DNA of 48,095 nucleotides, taken from sequence record SRR20825019_1265, one strand, 5' to 3'. Shown here in pieces: positions 47,189 to 48,095 of the stretch; positions within the stretch are counted from its first letter, which is position 1; every line of letters begins with the position of its first letter. The position numbers and the translations under genes were made by a program. The notes under the pieces were generated by a model that was not told the DNA's origin, made no database searches, and saw only the letters and a program-made list of their open reading frames with translations.

Positions 47189-48094
47189 CTACTCGCCGGC
47201 CAGGCGCTGTTGGCGTGGTGGCTTTTGCGCGTGCACTTCCTCGGCAACCAGGAATGCCAGTTCCAGCGCCTGGCTGGCATTGAGGCGTGGGTCGCAATAG
47301 GTGTTGTAGCGGTCCGAAAGCGTAGCCTCAGTGACTGCCGAGACGCCGCCGACGCACTCGGTGACGTCGTCACCGGTCATCTCGATATGCACGCCGCCGG
47401 CATAGCTGCCCATTTCGCGATGCACCTCGAAGAAGTGCTTCACTTCGGCCAGCACGCGGTCGAACGGGCGGGTCTTGAAGCCGGTCGACGCCTTGATGGT
47501 GTTGCCATGCATCGGATCGCAACACCAAACCACAGTGCGTCCGGCTTTCTGGACGGTCTCGATCAAACGGGGCAGATGCTCGTGCACCTTATCGGCGCCA
47601 AAACGGGAAATCAGCGTGATGCGACCGGCCTCGTCGGTCGGGTTGAGCCGGTCGAGCAGACGCAGCAAATCGTCATTGGACAGGCTGGGGCCGCACTTGA
47701 TGCCGATGGGATTGTTGATGCCGGCGAAATATTCGACATGTGCCTCGTCAGGATTGCGGGTGCGATCGCCGATCCAGAGCATATGGCCAGAGGTGGCATA
47801 CCAATCATTGGTTATCGAGTCCCGGCGGGTCAGCGATTCCTCATAGCCCAGCAGCAGCGCTTCATGGCTGGTGAAGAAGCTGGTCTGCTTGAGAGCCGGC
47901 GTATTGTCGGGGTTGATGCCAAGCGCCGACATGAAGGTGATGGCGTCGTCAATGCGGCGGGCCACTTCCTCAAATCGCGCATCCCAGCTGGAGCCCTTCA
48001 TGAAGCCCATGGTCCACTCGTGGATACGGGTGAGTTCGGCATAGCCGCCCATGGAGAAGGCGCGCAGCAGATTGAGCGTCGCGGCCGACTGGCG
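47189..48094 (-). CDS. class II DAHP synthase (5' partial)
   Basis: [64 protein letters not shown]. Confidence 0.93.
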   Translation of the reverse strand, partial: RQSAATLNLLRAFSMGGYAELTRIHEWTMGFMKGSSWDARFEEVARRIDDAITFMSALGINPDNTPALKQTSFFTSHEALLLGYEESLTRRDSITNDWYATSGHMLWIGDRTRNPDEAHVEYFAGINNPIGIKCGPSLSNDDLLRLLDRLNPTDEAGRITLISRFGADKVHEHLPRLIETVQKAGRTVVWCCDPMHGNTIKASTGFKTRPFDRVLAEVKHFFEVHREMGSYAGGVHIEMTGDDVTECVGGVSAVTEATLSDRYNTYCDPRLNASQALELAFLVAEEVHAQKPPRQQRLAGE

Positions 48095-48095
48095 A

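Overview
A GC-rich alphaproteobacterial chromosomal segment (Hyphomicrobiales; gene content and order suggest a Devosia-like organism, which is inference). It is densely coding, and I see no rRNA, tRNA, CRISPR array, IS or prophage. Left to right: (1) an arabinofuranoside/oligosaccharide utilisation locus (partial ArsR-type regulator, GH51, five-gene Opp/Dpp-family ABC importer with a Tat-exported binding protein, GH43-like hydrolase); (2) a TPR-GGDEF cyclase, then a group III truncated haemoglobin and a SufR-like regulator divergent from Fe-type SOD; (3) flavin reductase, DUF6894-like protein, a 32-aa membrane peptide, large NAD-GDH, fbp, AGE isomerase, SDR, nadC-cysQ; (4) PadR-MFP-RND efflux; (5) GNAT/LysR/MAPEG, ArsR-Atm1 and a long acidic LysM protein; (6) cysS-VOC-GFA-GFA-cimA; (7) two class II cytochromes c, FAH, DUF2865, gltX-nadE and a partial class II DAHP synthase. 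The best candidate for an undescribed system is a 14-codon, probably leaderless uORF (MNTACTIICCIITC, 40509-40465) ahead of cysS. It is built from Cys, Ile and Thr codons, matching a putative operon that holds both CysRS and citramalate synthase, and is followed by an anti-SD switch. Also notable are a likely CUG start for the LysM protein, paired SufR-like operators at sodB, and a low-GC3 mosaic patch inside cysS.
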